Below, piece after piece: positions 11,801-25,477 of a stretch of 64,000 bases of DNA. The stretch's first letter is position 1; each line of letters starts with the position of its first letter. The translations under genes were made by a program, and so were the position numbers. Under the pieces are notes generated by a model. That model made no database searches. It was not told the origin of the DNA and saw nothing but the letters and a program-made list of their open reading frames with translations. This stretch comes from Eledone cirrhosa. Lineage: Eukaryota. The stretch covers positions 60,760,001-60,824,000 of the forward strand of contig OZ024742.1 of the NCBI GenBank assembly GCA_964016885.1. The letters are read 5' to 3'.

Positions 11801-12482
11801 AGGCTAGCCCACTGTGCAGGATCTGTGGAGAGAGAGAGGAGACTGTGGCTCACATTGTGTCCGAGTGTAAACACCTAGCCCAGACCCACTATAAGGGCTG
11901 GAGACACGACGTGATGGGCAGGGTGATCCACTGGCACCTGTGCAAAGTAAACAATTTACCACATTCTGAGAAATGGTATGAGCATAGGCCAGAGGCGGTG
12001 ATGGAGAACAATCAGGTGAAGGTGCTGTGGGATTTTAGGATACAGACGGACAAAAAACTGGAACACAATAGACCTGACCTGGTGGTTGTGGACAAAGAAA
12101 AAAGATCGTGCCTGATTGTGGATGTGGCCTGCCCGTTCGACACGAGAGTGCAAGAGAAGGAGAGGGAGAAAATTAACCGATACCAGGACCTAAAGTGGGA
12201 GGTGAAAAGGATTTGGAACTGCCATGAAGTCAAAGTGATCCCGATTGTCATAGGCGCACTGGGGACTATCTCCAAAAGTTTCCAGGGATGGTTAAAGAAA
12301 ATCGGTCCCTTCACGCTTTTTGGAACGCTTCAAAAGGCATGCTTGCTTGGAACAGCAAGAACCCTCCGATACGTCCTGAATATCTGAGGCTGCAGGTAGT
12401 GGCTTGATATTCAATCCAACGGACTTTCCAGTTAACCAACATCAATGACTGAGATTCAAGGAATAACAACAACAATAATAAA

Positions 12483-12518
<36 letters not shown>
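8860..12518 (+). mobile_element. near full-length R4/Dong-clade non-LTR retrotransposon
   Basis: Single RT + restriction-like endonuclease ORF, short 3' UTR, ending in (AAC)/(AAT)n at 12462-12518. The 5' boundary is approximate. Confidence 0.85.
8995..12387 (+). CDS. R4/Dong RT-RLE protein; one in-frame TAA at 9070, then open (1082 aa from 9139)
   Basis: RTNWTKELN, PWWKKRL, WKSPGPDG, NYRPITCL, DYRKAFD, IFQGDSLSP, HLLFMDDLKL, CRIC..ETVAHIVSEC, RHD, RPDLVVVD, EKINRY. ATG at 8995 is in frame with 9139. Confidence 0.85.
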
Positions 12519-12520
<2 letters not shown>

Positions 12521-14000
12521 TTTCTTTATTAACCACAAGGGTTTACATAAAGTAGACATTAAGGACAGTGCAGGACAATGCAGGACGGTACAAATGGGCA
12601 TTTCTGCGTGTAAAAAAACAAAAACAGAGGATGTAACAAAAATAACAATGAAAATAACAATGAAAAATTCCCCAATAGGGGGGAGACTTCGGAGGGACAT
12701 TTGTGGAGAAAGCCCAGTAAAAAGCCACAATGACCCTGACCACCAAGGCAAGTGCCCTCTCCCAGTTTTCCACCTTTAGTTTACAGATATATACTCAGAG
12801 TCGGCCCATTCACTCGGGCCATTCTTGCTTCTCTCACCCATCTTTCAACAAAATGCTGGGAAGAGAGCACTTCCTTCTCTACTCTGATTTTCCTTTTCAA
12901 ATGAAATTTGAAAAAGTCAATCAGAGCATCACCGAAGAGGTAAGTGCTCGTCTTCAGCCCTTTCAAACGTGTCCACCATACTATCTCTTTCGCCATGGCC
13001 ACCAGACAGATAAAAACTGCCTGCCCTTCCCGGCTAAAGGAGGAGGGCGGGGCAATCCTCACGATAGACTCAGATGATAGCTGGATCCGTCCTAAACGCG
13101 ACAGCAGGTGTTCGACATAAACCCACAAGTCAGCAATTTTCGGACACTGGACGAGTGCGTGCAGGACGGTTTCGTCGCCCTGCGCGCATCTCGGACATGC
13201 CCGGCTGACGGCACCTCCATGCCTGTAGAGTTTATCCCGAACTGGCAAGGCTCCTCGGTAGCACTGCCAGGCCAGAGATTTCTGGAAGTTGTCCATAGGC
13301 CCCGGCCCGAAAGTTCTTCCGAAGAGATTGGCTAGTTGATTTTCGTCGACGCCTAGAGTTTCCCCAAGTACGTCGTCGCTCTTCCCCTCCACTAATCCTC
13401 TATAGAACGCCGAGGTGGAGTTTCCACCGATCACATTGCCCGATTGGTCGAGGGCTGTGAGCGCCTGAAGACATTCCAGTCTCCAGGCGCTCCCTCTCGG
13501 TCTTCGCTTGACCCAGGACTGCAGCTCCGTCAAGGAAACGAGCTGGGGAAAAACGCGTCTAGCAAACGGCGACCACACCTGATCACCGTCGAGGAAGAGG
13601 TGGAGATGTCGTAGCCTGAGCGCGTGCCTGCGCATCATCAGCCACGGCATGCCCAGCCCTCCACGTAGCGGGTGTTGACAACAGATGGACCGCCTGACCA
13701 TCGGAGCACGTCCCTTCCACAAAAAGCGAAAGAGCAAACGCTCCAGCGCAGTCAGGCGAGGCTTAGGACAAGGTACGACGGTTAGGCGGTAGCAGATGAC
13801 AGACGCGATGTACGCGTTAGCCACCTCCGCTCGACCTTTCAGGGATAGCTTCCTCTCCGCCCATTTCAGGGTGAGAGAAGCCACCCTGCTCGTCACCTTG
13901 TCCCAGTTTTTGTCCGTCTGGAGGTCCGGACCGAACCAGACCCCTAGCAATTTAACCGGTCCGTCCTTCCAGCGCCCGACGACGCTGTTGGACGGCATGG
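12519..14000 (-). mobile_element. 5'-truncated Tx1 copy (diverged subfamily)
   Basis: ORF 12781..13998 is collinear with the C-terminal part of ORF2 at 2327..5746. Same type of 3' end (CCCTTGTGGTTAATAAAGAAATC) into (ATT)n. Confidence 0.9.
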
Positions 14001-16880
14001 AAAATACGGACAGTGAAGATGAAAAAACAAAGGAATAAAGTAGGTGAACATGTTAAACAAACTAAACTTAGAAAATTGTAAAGAAAGTACAGTATAAAAT
14101 CAACAAGTGACATAGACATGCTGATAGAAATAATCAAGCAAAAAGTGTCGGCCAAAGCTGCTCGTATAAGGCGCTTTGAAAAACGATCTAGATTCTATAA
14201 GGACAATAATATGTTCAAAAACAACCAAAGAAACTTCTACAGAAAAATTGGTAAGTCAACAATAACAGCGAAATCAATACCACCCAAGGAGGAAGTGCAA
14301 GAATTCTGGGAAAAGATCTGGGCCAAAGAAAACATTCATAATATACATGCCCCATGGATAGACAGACAAATGAAAGATACAGCTCACCTTGAGGAACAAA
14401 TATGGGAAAATATAACAGTTGAACAGTTGCGTTTGGCTCTAAGAAAAACCAGCAAATGGAAATCCCCAGGAAAAGACAAAATACAAAATTTTTTGATAAA
14501 TGCCTTCACAGAGTCTCATGAGCTGTTAGCCCAACTTTACAATGAAATAGTTAAGGAGCCAGAAAAGATACCATCATGGCTAGTTAACTGCATTACATTC
14601 CTGCTTCCGAAGAATGATGAGACAAACAATCCCAAAAATTACAGACCGATAACTTGCTTGACCACAATGTATAAAATTTTAACATCAGTCCTAACTGAAT
14701 ATACATATGACCACCTGATAACAAATGACCTATTTCCCATTGAGCAGAAAGGGTATAAACGAGGCTCATATGGTTGTAAGGATCAGCTTTTGGTTAACAA
14801 AATGATACTGGAAGATTGTCATAATAGACACAACAATCTATCAATTGCTTGGATAGATTATAAAAAAGCATTCGATAGTTTGCCACACAGTTGGATTGAA
14901 AAATGTTTAGAGATTTTCAAAATATCTCCCGTTGTCAGAAGGTTTTTGTCATTCAGTATGAAGGCATGGAACACGACACTCCTTTTGAATAGTGAAACAA
15001 AATCACTGGAAGCTGGAAAAGTTAATATTAATTGTAGAATTTTTCAGCGTGACTCTTTATCACCGCTTTTATTCTGCATCGCACTTATACCATTAAGTAA
15101 AATGTTCAATGAAACAAAGCATGGATATAAAGTCTATGACAAAACCATTAATCACTTGTTCTACATGGATGACCTGAAACTATTTGCAAAAAATGATGAA
15201 CAATTGCAAGGGCTATTATCCACTGTGGAGCAGTTCCGTGATGACATTAAAATGGAGTTTGGACTAGATAAATGCGCCAAAGCAACGTTCACCAGAGGAA
15301 AGCTGCTGAAGAGTTCAGACATTAATCTTGATCGGGGGAATGTGATAAGAGAACTTGATCAAGAGGAAACTTACAAATATCTAGGTGTTTGTGAAGGAGA
15401 CGGAATCAAGCACTCGACAATGAGGGAAAGGATAAGGAAGGAATGTTACCGCAGAGTAAGAGCAATCTTAAGAACGGAATTGAATGCAAGGAATAGGATC
15501 GATGTCATAAACACGCTTGCCATACCAGTAGTAACCTACAGTTACAATGTCATCAACTGGTCAAGCACAGAGATCCGTAGGCTCGATACAAAAATTCGAA
15601 AATTCTTAACCATGCACAGAATGCATCACCCTAAGGCAGATATAGATAGAATATATCTCCCTAGGGAAGAAGGAGGACGTGGGTTAATCCAGTTAGACAT
15701 TGCGTTGAAAACTGCAACAATTGGATTATCTACATATCTAAGGGAATCACATGATTGGATGATCAAACTCGTTTTGAGACACGAAAGCATCAAAAGATCA
15801 TATTCCATTACAAAAGATGCACAAAGATACAGTAATGGACTACAAATTTCAGAAGTCCCATTTACTGCTGAAATGGAAAACACAGAAAAAGCAAAGCAGG
15901 TAAAAGTAACTGCAAAGATAGAACTGCTACAGAAACTGGCTAAGAAATGGCAAGAAAAGCTTCTGTATGGAAAATACCCAGAGCGAGCTAACAATCCTGA
16001 TGTTGACAAAACTTTAACCCATCAGTGGTTGGCATCCTCTGGACTGAAATCGGAGACTGAAGGACTGATTATATCAGCACAAGATCAGTGTCCGCCAACA
16101 AAAAATTACCCAGCCAACATAATAAAAAATGGATGCAGCCCATTATGCTGTGTATGTAAAAAACAACCAGAGACCATTGACCATATAATTTCAACGTGCA
16201 GTCCTATAGCTCCAACCAAATACCTAAACAGGCATGACAGAGCTGCACAATATATACATTGGATAATGTGAAAGCATTTTGACCTGCCCCATCAAAAGAT
16301 TTGGTGGGAGCATCAACCACCTCCCATACTTGAAAAAGATCACATCGCAATCTTGTGGAACTTTAGCATCCAAACAGACCGAAAAATAGATGCAAATAGA
16401 CCTGATATAATATTGAAGGACTTTAAAATGAGGGTATGCCTGCTAATTGATATGTCCGTTCCAATAGACAAGAATGTTTCTATAAAAACATTTGAAAAAT
16501 TGAACAAGTATAAGGACCTGGAGATAGAAATTGGAAAAATGTGGAAATTGAGAACTAAAACAATACCAGTGGTTGTAGCGCTCTAGGAATGATACCTAAG
16601 GGGTCTAATGATTACTTATCGCAAATCCCAGGAAACCCGCGTATAGGAGAAATACAAAAGATAGTACTAATGGGAACTGCCCATATACTAAGGAAGATTC
16701 TGTCAATATAGGTACATCGCAAGTCTAAACACCTAAAGATGCATGTGTGAGTATGTATGTTTTTTCTTGAACATGGCGGACCTTGTTGTCTCTTTAGGTC
16801 ACTGGTTGTGACTTGGTGATAACTCGTATGAACATAAAGCAAGATAAATGCAGCTGTAATAATAATAATAATAATAATAA
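14001..16880 (+). mobile_element. 5'-truncated, decayed R4/Dong-clade element (second family)
   Basis: ORF 14118..16271 (WKSPGKD, NYRPITCL, HLFYMDDLKL, RHD), stop at 16269, RLE part RPDIILKD at 16353-16586, frameshift near 16580, (AAT)n tail at 16858-16880. Confidence 0.88.
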
Positions 16881-19760
16881 GGATTTCATTTATTAGCCAC
16901 AAGGGCCGACATGTAAGGGACAATACAAAGACAGGGACAGTGCGGGTTGAACAATAAGGTCGAGTAAAAGTGCACAATGACAAGGCTAATTTAACAATGA
17001 AGATATAACAAATATAAAATAAACTATGCATAAATATAACAAAACAAATTACCCGATATGGGGTGAACGACCCTGAGGTGACTCGAGTACCACACCAATC
17101 CTGAACCACCCTTCGCACCTTGGGCACCCAGTGAGAGCACCCCTCTCCTCAAGTTAGCTAACCTATAGGCGCATGGTCAGAGTAGGCCCATTCACACGTG
17201 CCATTCTCGCCACGTTCATCCACCTTTTAGCAAATGTACTGGGGGGCAGCACTTCTCTCTCCACCGTCACCTTCCTTTCCAGGTGAAACTTGAAGAAGTT
17301 GATGAGGGATTGGCCAATGACAAAAGTGTCTGTCTTCATTCGTTTTAATCTGGTCCACCATATAACCTCTTTCGCAACTGCCACCAGACAGAGGAAAATG
17401 TCCTGCTCTTCCTGACCTAAGGAAGGCGGCGGGTCGATTTTCTCGATGGACTCGGCCGATAGCCGGATTCGTTCCACACGCGACAGTAGCTGTTCGACAT
17501 AACTCCACAAGTCAGTAATGCACAGACATTGGACAAGTGCGTGCAGAACGGTTTCGTCGCTCTGCGCGCATCTAGGACAGGTCCGTCTGACAGCACTTCC
17601 GTGCCTGTAGAGTTTATCGCCAACCGGCAGTGTCCCCCGGTAGCACTGCCAAGCGAGGGATTTCTGGAAATTGTCTATCGTCCCCGACTCGAAAGTCCTC
17701 CGGTACAGACTGGTCAGTTTGACTTCGTCGAGACCCAAAGCTTCTCCGAGTGCATCATCGCACTTGCCCACCACTAATCCTCTAAGAACTCGAGAGTGGA
17801 AGTTCCACTGATCGCATTGCCCACTTGGTAGAGGGCAGTGAGTGCCTGGTAACATTCCAGGTGCCAGTCACCCAGTCTAGGTCTTTCCTTGACCCAGGAC
17901 TACAGCTCAGTCAAGGAAACGAGCTGCGGAAAAGCCCATCTGATAAACAGCGACCACGCCTATTCACCGTTTAGGCAGAATATCTGGAGATGTCGCAGCC
18001 TCAACGCATGTCTGCGCATCATTAGCCACAGCTTGCCCAGCCCTCCGCGTAGAGGGTGCTGGCAGCAGATGCACCGCCTCACCAACGGAACTTGTCCCCT
18101 CCACAAGAATTTGAAGAAGTGCTGTTCCAACTTGACGAAGCACGGACGGGGGGCAAGGGACGACGGTCAGGCGGTAGTAGATGACGGACGCGATGTAAGC
18201 ATTCGCCACCTCCGCGCTACCTTTCAGTGATAGCTTCCTCCCAGCCCATTTTTGGGTGAGACTGGCTACTCTGCTCGTTACCTTGTCCCAATTATTTTCC
18301 ACCTGGAGGTCTGGTCCGAACCAAACCCCCAGAAACTCGACAGTCTACGCTGAGCGCTGCAAAAGGCCGATTACTTCAGCCGAAATTCAGGACGCCCTTG
18401 TCGGCTGCATGAGGCGCAAGTCACCCGGTTTGGATGGCCTGCCCTACGAGATTTACGTAAATATGCCAGACTTGTTCTCCGATCTCCTCGAAGCACTCTA
18501 CCGCAACTGGCAGCAGAATGGGAGTATTCCCAGTTCTGTGAGCAGTGGAGTGGTGACGCAGATAAGGAAAGACGAGAACAAGAGGGATACATTAGACAAC
18601 TTCAGGCCCATAACTCTGCTCAACACAGAGATTAAGATGTTGGCCAAGGTGTTAGCGAAGAGATTGGCGCTTGTCGTGGAGGATTTGGTTGGGGGTTTCA
18701 CATTCGGGGTTCCCACGTCTTGAGGAAAGCTCTCCCGAATTTCTTTGAAGGAATCGAGTGACATTCGGACCAGAAGCATATCTTCTGGCACACTAAATGT
18801 GCTCATTTCAAAAATCTCCCCCTCTGTTTGATTGTCCTCGCTTTATGTTAAGAGGGCCATCAGTTTATCGTTGGCCCTTCTGACAAGCACGAAGTTTTGA
18901 ACATTTCGTTGGTGTTGTTTTATTTGTATTCGTTCTGGTGACTGTGGTGGTGATGGTTTTGGTGGTGTTGTTTCGGGTATGTCTGTGTTTGTTGTAGGTG
19001 TGGTGTCTGTAATTTCAGGTATTTGTGTGTTTATTTATACTTGTGTTTGTTTAGGTTGTTTGCGTTTCGGGGATTGAGGGGGTGGTGTCGATGTTGCTGT
19101 AGGTGCTGATATTATTGGGGAAGTGTTTGCGTTAGTTGTGTCTGTATTTTTTATAGTGTATGTTTTTGTGTTCTGTTGGAGTTTTTTTTGTTTTGTGAGT
19201 TTTCTGTTTTTTTGGCACTTTTGGGTTTTCCTTCATCTTCGCTGCTGGAAGACAAAGTGTCTGTGGCTGTGAGTGTCTCTGTGTCTGTGTGTGCGTTTAT
19301 TGTTTTGTCTATGTGTATAATTGGTGGTGGGGGGTTTTGGGAGTGGGAGAGCTTTCCTCGTTTTCCCCTTGGATTGGTTTCGGTGTTGGTGGTGGTCCGG
19401 CTGTTTTTGATGATGCTGTCCGTGTCTTTGTTAGTGGTTGTGCAGCTTTCCGTGCTGACACTGGCGTTGGCAACAAAAAAGTTTTGCGAAGCCCTGCATT
19501 TTTGGGCTGAGGGCCGAAGGCTTGCAGATGCGTTGCTTCCCCGCAGACGAAGCAGTGTGGCCTTCTTCCCTCAGTGATTAGCTGGATTGTTATCCCGTCC
19601 TGCAGGCGGGCAAAATCCGGGATGTTGTTGATGTCCTCCGGTTTCATTTGGAGAAGAATATTCAAATCCATTCCGTACCATTCTTCTCTCTCTGTCCTTT
19701 TGATATCCAGGAGGGTAGTGTCTGTCCCCTCCTCGATTACGCATCCCAGCAGCGACCATA
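16881..19760 (-). mobile_element. rearranged Tx1 copy with an internal inverted RT fragment
   Basis: 16881-18336 is ORF2 3' part (-). 18336-18694 is RT fragment AERCKRPITSAEIQD...LVVEDLVG (+). 18694-19760 is ORF1 part (-, CFVCGEATHL). (AAT)n on both sides. Confidence 0.88.
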
Positions 19761-19974
19761 TAATAATAATAATAATACAGGCATGTAGTAAAGACGTGAG
19801 ACCGGTATGGAATTTAGGATTTGCAAATGCTCTGTATTTAATACGAAAACAGGGAAGAAAACAGTTTGTGGCGTAATACGTCGTCAACCATCTGGAAAAA
19901 AAGCATGGGGAAACAGATGATCGTAAATACAAATATTCAGAGATATTAGAAGTAGATATTTTGTGCAGACACAT

Positions 19975-20016
<42 letters not shown>

Positions 20017-20158
20017 GGAGATACACACACACAAACAGATATATAAATAAATATGGGTGTGCGTGTACGCGTGTATGTATACATATATATATATATACGG
20101 ATGAACCTACTTATACATATATATATGTTTGTAGACACACACACACACAAACACACAT

Positions 20159-20247
<89 letters not shown>

Positions 20248-21082
20248 GCCCACTGGACAAGTAGATGAATCTTTTAGTGTAATATCTGTCTGCTAGTTTT
20301 TGTTTCATCATTATCTTTACTTTTAAAATCATCTCACACTATTCAAGTGATGAATTCCCTTGATATTCAAATGGATGTTAAACATGTCTGCCGTAAGCTT
20401 TCTCTTCAACAAAGACAATATGGATAATAAAACATTCATTGTTGCTTTGTATTCAGACAATGAAATTGACTGGAAGTTATCACACTTGCCATGGAGCACG
20501 TACATCACGGACTAAACACATCAGAGAATAGTTCGCAAAAGAACAATTTCTTATGGTAATTCACACTTTCAACAAAGCGAATATTACTCAAGAAAGACAG
20601 AGGGTGAAACGGAGAGAATGTATGTTCGTGTGTGTGAGAGAGAGTTTATACTCTTTCATGACTAACAAGTTATTGATATCATTATATTATAAACTAATTT
20701 CTATATATTAATTAATTTGTATATTAACTTAAAAATAAGTAGCATAGAAATCGGTGTTTGTGATGGTTATGAAGATTGGAGATGTCATTTGAGATGTTAT
20801 TTCTAATTCTATATCAACGTTACAATGTTAATTTTCTATGTTTTGTTCTTTAGTTAAAGAGGGCGAGGCAGAAGCTGTGATAATACTTGTCAGGGCTTCC
20901 AAGATTGAAATGTGTGTCATATAGTGGATATAAAAAGGGGTCAAAGCGTTAGTACTTCTGCACTGAGAAACAACGAATCATAGACCTATGTTAGATGGTT
21001 CCACTTTGGGATTCTGTGAATTGCCTTAATGACACTAATATGCATGAAACACATTTAATGGATTAAACCAACTACAATATTT

Positions 21083-21215
21083 GATCCCCTTCGGTCACGA
21101 ATGACCATGGGATTTGCAGCTAGAAAGATCCCCCCAAGGCACAAGTCCAGGCAAGGTTGTTTGTGGAAGGCCAGCAGTCACCCATGCATACTCGTCTCCC
21201 CTCTCGACGCCACGG

Positions 21216-21217
<2 letters not shown>
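21083..21217. repeat. interspersed repeat fragment (SINE/RTE-related end)
   Basis: GC-rich island abutting (TA)n. It resembles, from memory only, a common cephalopod retroposon end. Confidence 0.3.
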
Positions 21218-21254
<37 letters not shown>

Positions 21255-24200
21255 TATATATAATGGTTTCCTATATTTCTGTGAACCAAATTTCACAAGA
21301 TACTAGTTAAAACGAGCTTTTGGTAGAAGTCATCTGCCCTCGATGTTCTGAAGCGGGACTGAACCCAGAAACTCGTGCTTGCGGAGCGAACTCGTTAACC
21401 ACACAGCCATAGTTGCATATTCAATGCTATGGATCAAATATCTAATCAATTAAGATCAACCTAGGCTTAAATGATAACAACCACCCCAACAGCAACGTAT
21501 TGACACAACGAAAATATTTTGTTTACATATTGAAGCAAATATATAAATTGAATTCATATCATAATTCTTAATGGCATTTCATTTGGAAGTATGATGCCAC
21601 CCTTTTGTCTATATTTGTTCAGCAAATTAATGACTTATTAATTAATGCATTCATATATACTTAATATCAATATCTTACGACCTCCTTAATTAACACCGCT
21701 TATATATTTGTTCAGTTTCGTTTTATTGTATTTTCCTTTTCGCAACTTTTTTTCAGCATTAGCTTTCCGCTATTATTGAATCGAGTTAATCAACATTTTG
21801 TAATAAATGCCTGATTTAGTGCTCGGTGTACCAATGTTAAATTGAAGTGTTTTGATAAATATTAATCTAGGAAAGCCTGATGTTTAAATAAATATATTAA
21901 TATCCTTTTGAGAAGGCAATAGAGAGTTTCTTTTCAAAGAGGGAAGTGTAATGTCGATTAAATTGACCCCACTGCATTTATAAATAATTTATTATCCACC
22001 GATGACGAGGAAAATAGAGAAACGTGACATGTGAATGTCGAATTCGGATTGTTGAGGGCCAAAACGCAATTCTATAGCGTATTTAGTACGGTTCAACTTA
22101 CGTTTGCCAGACAAACATATTCACTCACTTTCTCAAATAGTGATTCATTACATCAAATTATCTGCATGATACTGCAATAATGTAATAGTTTTAGTAATGC
22201 TGAGTAGTGTCCCGTCAGTTATCTCCTACTGAGTAGCAATCAATATATTATCAAAAGCCTTCCAGCTATGGCCATTCCTTCTGCGGTTATAAAACATTTA
22301 TTAGTAGAACGATAACAATGAATAACGTTGTAGAGCTTGACAGGGGAAATTTTGAATTCGGATTATTAATCAAGAAAACATCGCTTCATCCACACAACCA
22401 GGCGCCGCCGCTCCCATCTGAGAGGAACAATACATGAAAACAAGCTTCGACTGACTGGTTCGTTTCTATGATATTCATCAACGATATCTCGTGTATACTT
22501 GGTTCCTGCACTGTTGTTTTCCCCGCCGAATCGACCCAAGGGCATCACGCCTGATGAAAGAGCGCGGTGAGCAAGAATGGTTGAAACAACAATATATTCA
22601 CTATATTGTACCCAGGGCACATTAGCTGAGGTACACTATCGAGCCAAGTGTGTCGAGGTAATCTACCCCACACACTCGCCTTTTATTTATATATTTTCAC
22701 TTTATTTTTGTCAATTTTTTAATTATATTCTAAATATATTGTTGAGAAAACATTGTTTTAATTTTAAGAATATTTGGGTATGATTGAGGGTGAGTCTACT
22801 GCTATTTATAGAAGGGCAACCGACCACACACCCACCTGCTAGCTCGCAATTCGCAAGATGGCTAAATGAACATCCTTGTTTGCTTGTGCGTTTATACATA
22901 TCTGAGTGTCTATTTATGCCTGTGTGAATCTGGTTGCGAGTTTCTTTGAGAAAGACTGAAACACAGAGATAGACATATCGACAATTATTTAATTGACATA
23001 AATATATATGGCGGTATGAACTTTATATTATAGTCTATACTTGACACAAATACAGAAGTTAGAGGAGATTTATGCATATGATTCATAATGTCAAATATTC
23101 ATGGTATATGAATATATTTAATAACAAATTAGAAGCAACTCGCAAAAGGCAGGCATGGCACATTGGTTAAGAAATTCGCGGCAGAAATGTGATGTCGTGG
23201 ATTCAATACTTCAGCGTGGAATATTAGACAAACTACTGATTGATCCAATACTTGTAAGTGAAATTATATAGATGATAACTCACTATTTGAATGTATTGTA
23301 GCAGCAATTCAAAGGTACAGTCTGCCAAATATTATGACGCTGATTCGGCTTCAGAATTAATTAAAGCGTACACCTGTTTGTGGAATATTAAACCTCTTAC
23401 ATATTAATCCAGGAACTGGAAATTCAAACAACTGAATACTCATCGACAGAAAAATCATCAGGTGTAGCTCAGTGGTGATATTTTATGCGGCGAATAGGCA
23501 AGATTTTTAGAATGTCGGATTGAATATATTGCTGGATTTTGTACGGACTTTCAGCACTTCTTCATCAAATCATATTGAAGTCAGCTTTTCCTTTCCTTCT
23601 TCTAGGGGTTAAAGAAATAATGTGCAATTCCATGGCGGTGGATTGGCGAAATCGCTAGAGCGCATCTGAGAAAATGCTTCGCAGCTGTATCTACTCCGGC
23701 ATTTAGCGTTCTGAATTCCGCCTACAGTTTCAAATCTTACTGCTGTATGATGCTAAGAATCCGAACACTAGAACACAACTAATCAACCGAAGACTGGATC
23801 ACAACTAATCATGAAAGCTGCAATAGCTACAGAGGAATTGTTGCCATTTACTACTACAGTCGAATTATGGTGAATTGGTGAAGACTCGACGTTATTTGCT
23901 CCAGGGATATAAATCACGCTGGTGGACAGTATTAATCTCCCAACCATACAGTACTAGAACTGATTATGAAAACAGCAATGTGGACATTTACAACTGCACA
24001 CTGCTCTTCATCAATGAAGGTGCTGAGTATGTTAGCAAGGGAGAGAGATAAAAATAGGAGAAACTTATAGAATAAAGAATCTCTAACAAAATGAACTGGA
24101 TTTTTAAACGTTATGTAGAAATAAATAACTCCACTTGTCTTCTGATGATGCTCCAATAACGATTAAGAACGATCACGGATATCATTAATCTCATTCGCTT

Positions 24201-24605
24201 GAATGGATATTGATAAATGGAAAATACTTTCAGATTCACTTACATATTGAATTGGATACCTTAGTATATCCGTCAACCATGTACTTCTGTTATGCCAGTT
24301 AAGCGAAGAAACCATTTCCATGAATTCTTGCCCAGAGCTAGCTGCCCACGCTTAACGCCTACGTGCATTTGCTTCCGGTTACGCTAAGTGCATACATTAC
24401 GACTATACACCTACGTACACAACGCCTACAGTTTAGGAAAAAGCAATTATATTTTCAGGAATAAATACTTCAGAAATATATTTATGATTGCCACAAACAA
24501 AACACCTTTGCTTTTGCGATATAAACTGTAGAGAGAAATGGCTAGAATTTGAACAGAAGAAAGACAAATCAATATATGCGTAGACTTATACACACAGACA
24601 CGCAC

Positions 24606-24986
24606 TATCATCATCCTCATCATCGTTTAACGTCCATCTTCCACGCTAGCATGGGTTAAACGGTTTTGTTCCATTTGATGCGGGAATGGTCGGGAGACCG
24701 TGTCTCGCAAGTACGGAACTGTCTCTTGTGGCAGGTTTTTTACGGCTAAATACCCTTCCTAACACAAACCACATTTACAGTGTGGACTGGGAGTCTTTTG
24801 CCGTGTCTCCTACACGACCACCTTACAGTGTGGACTGTGTGCTTTTGGTTGTGTCATCAACACAGTGGGCGGAAATGGGAGGCTGGGGTAGGGTGTGTGG
24901 GATGGGGTGTATATTGGGGTAAAAGGTGCCTACTGACTGTAGGTTTGTATGCAAGGGAGGGCGGGTTTTCTGTACAACTGCATGGC

Positions 24987-24990
<4 letters not shown>
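24606..24990 (-). mobile_element. SINE-like/RTE-tail retroposon remnant
   Basis: (CAT)n tract followed by CGTTTAACGTCC...GCATGGGTT and TTTTACGGCT..CCCTTCCTAAC, as in RTE-partnered SINE 3' ends read in reverse. Confidence 0.45.
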
Positions 24991-25068
<78 letters not shown>

Positions 25069-25200
25069 TATTAAGCTCTAAGAAAATACTTCTGAGCATT
25101 ACAGTACAATTTAAAAAAATATGATCAACACTAATGGCTTCTACGGGACTAGTTAGTTATTGTGGTTACCTCCGATTGAACCCGGGAAAAACATATATAT

Positions 25201-25265
<65 letters not shown>

Positions 25266-25425
25266 AATACCAGGATAAATTTTCATTTAGTCCAGAATTA
25301 GCCGTCGAAACGACTTGAGCTCAGCTGTCGGGGTCTTACTGGTTCCTATTACCCACTCTACTACCTCAAGTATTGAGTACTTTGGCGCGTTATGGTCCAC
25401 CTGGTTCCTTACCACATTTCCTTCG

Positions 25426-25477
<52 letters not shown>

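Noticed and set aside
20853-20990. Possible host exon after a pyrimidine tract and AG
   Set aside because: No recognisable peptide, early stop, and no partner exons.
22370-22680. GC-richer island containing CTGATGA...GAAAC
   Set aside because: No stem I or III pairing and no convincing ORF; left unassigned.
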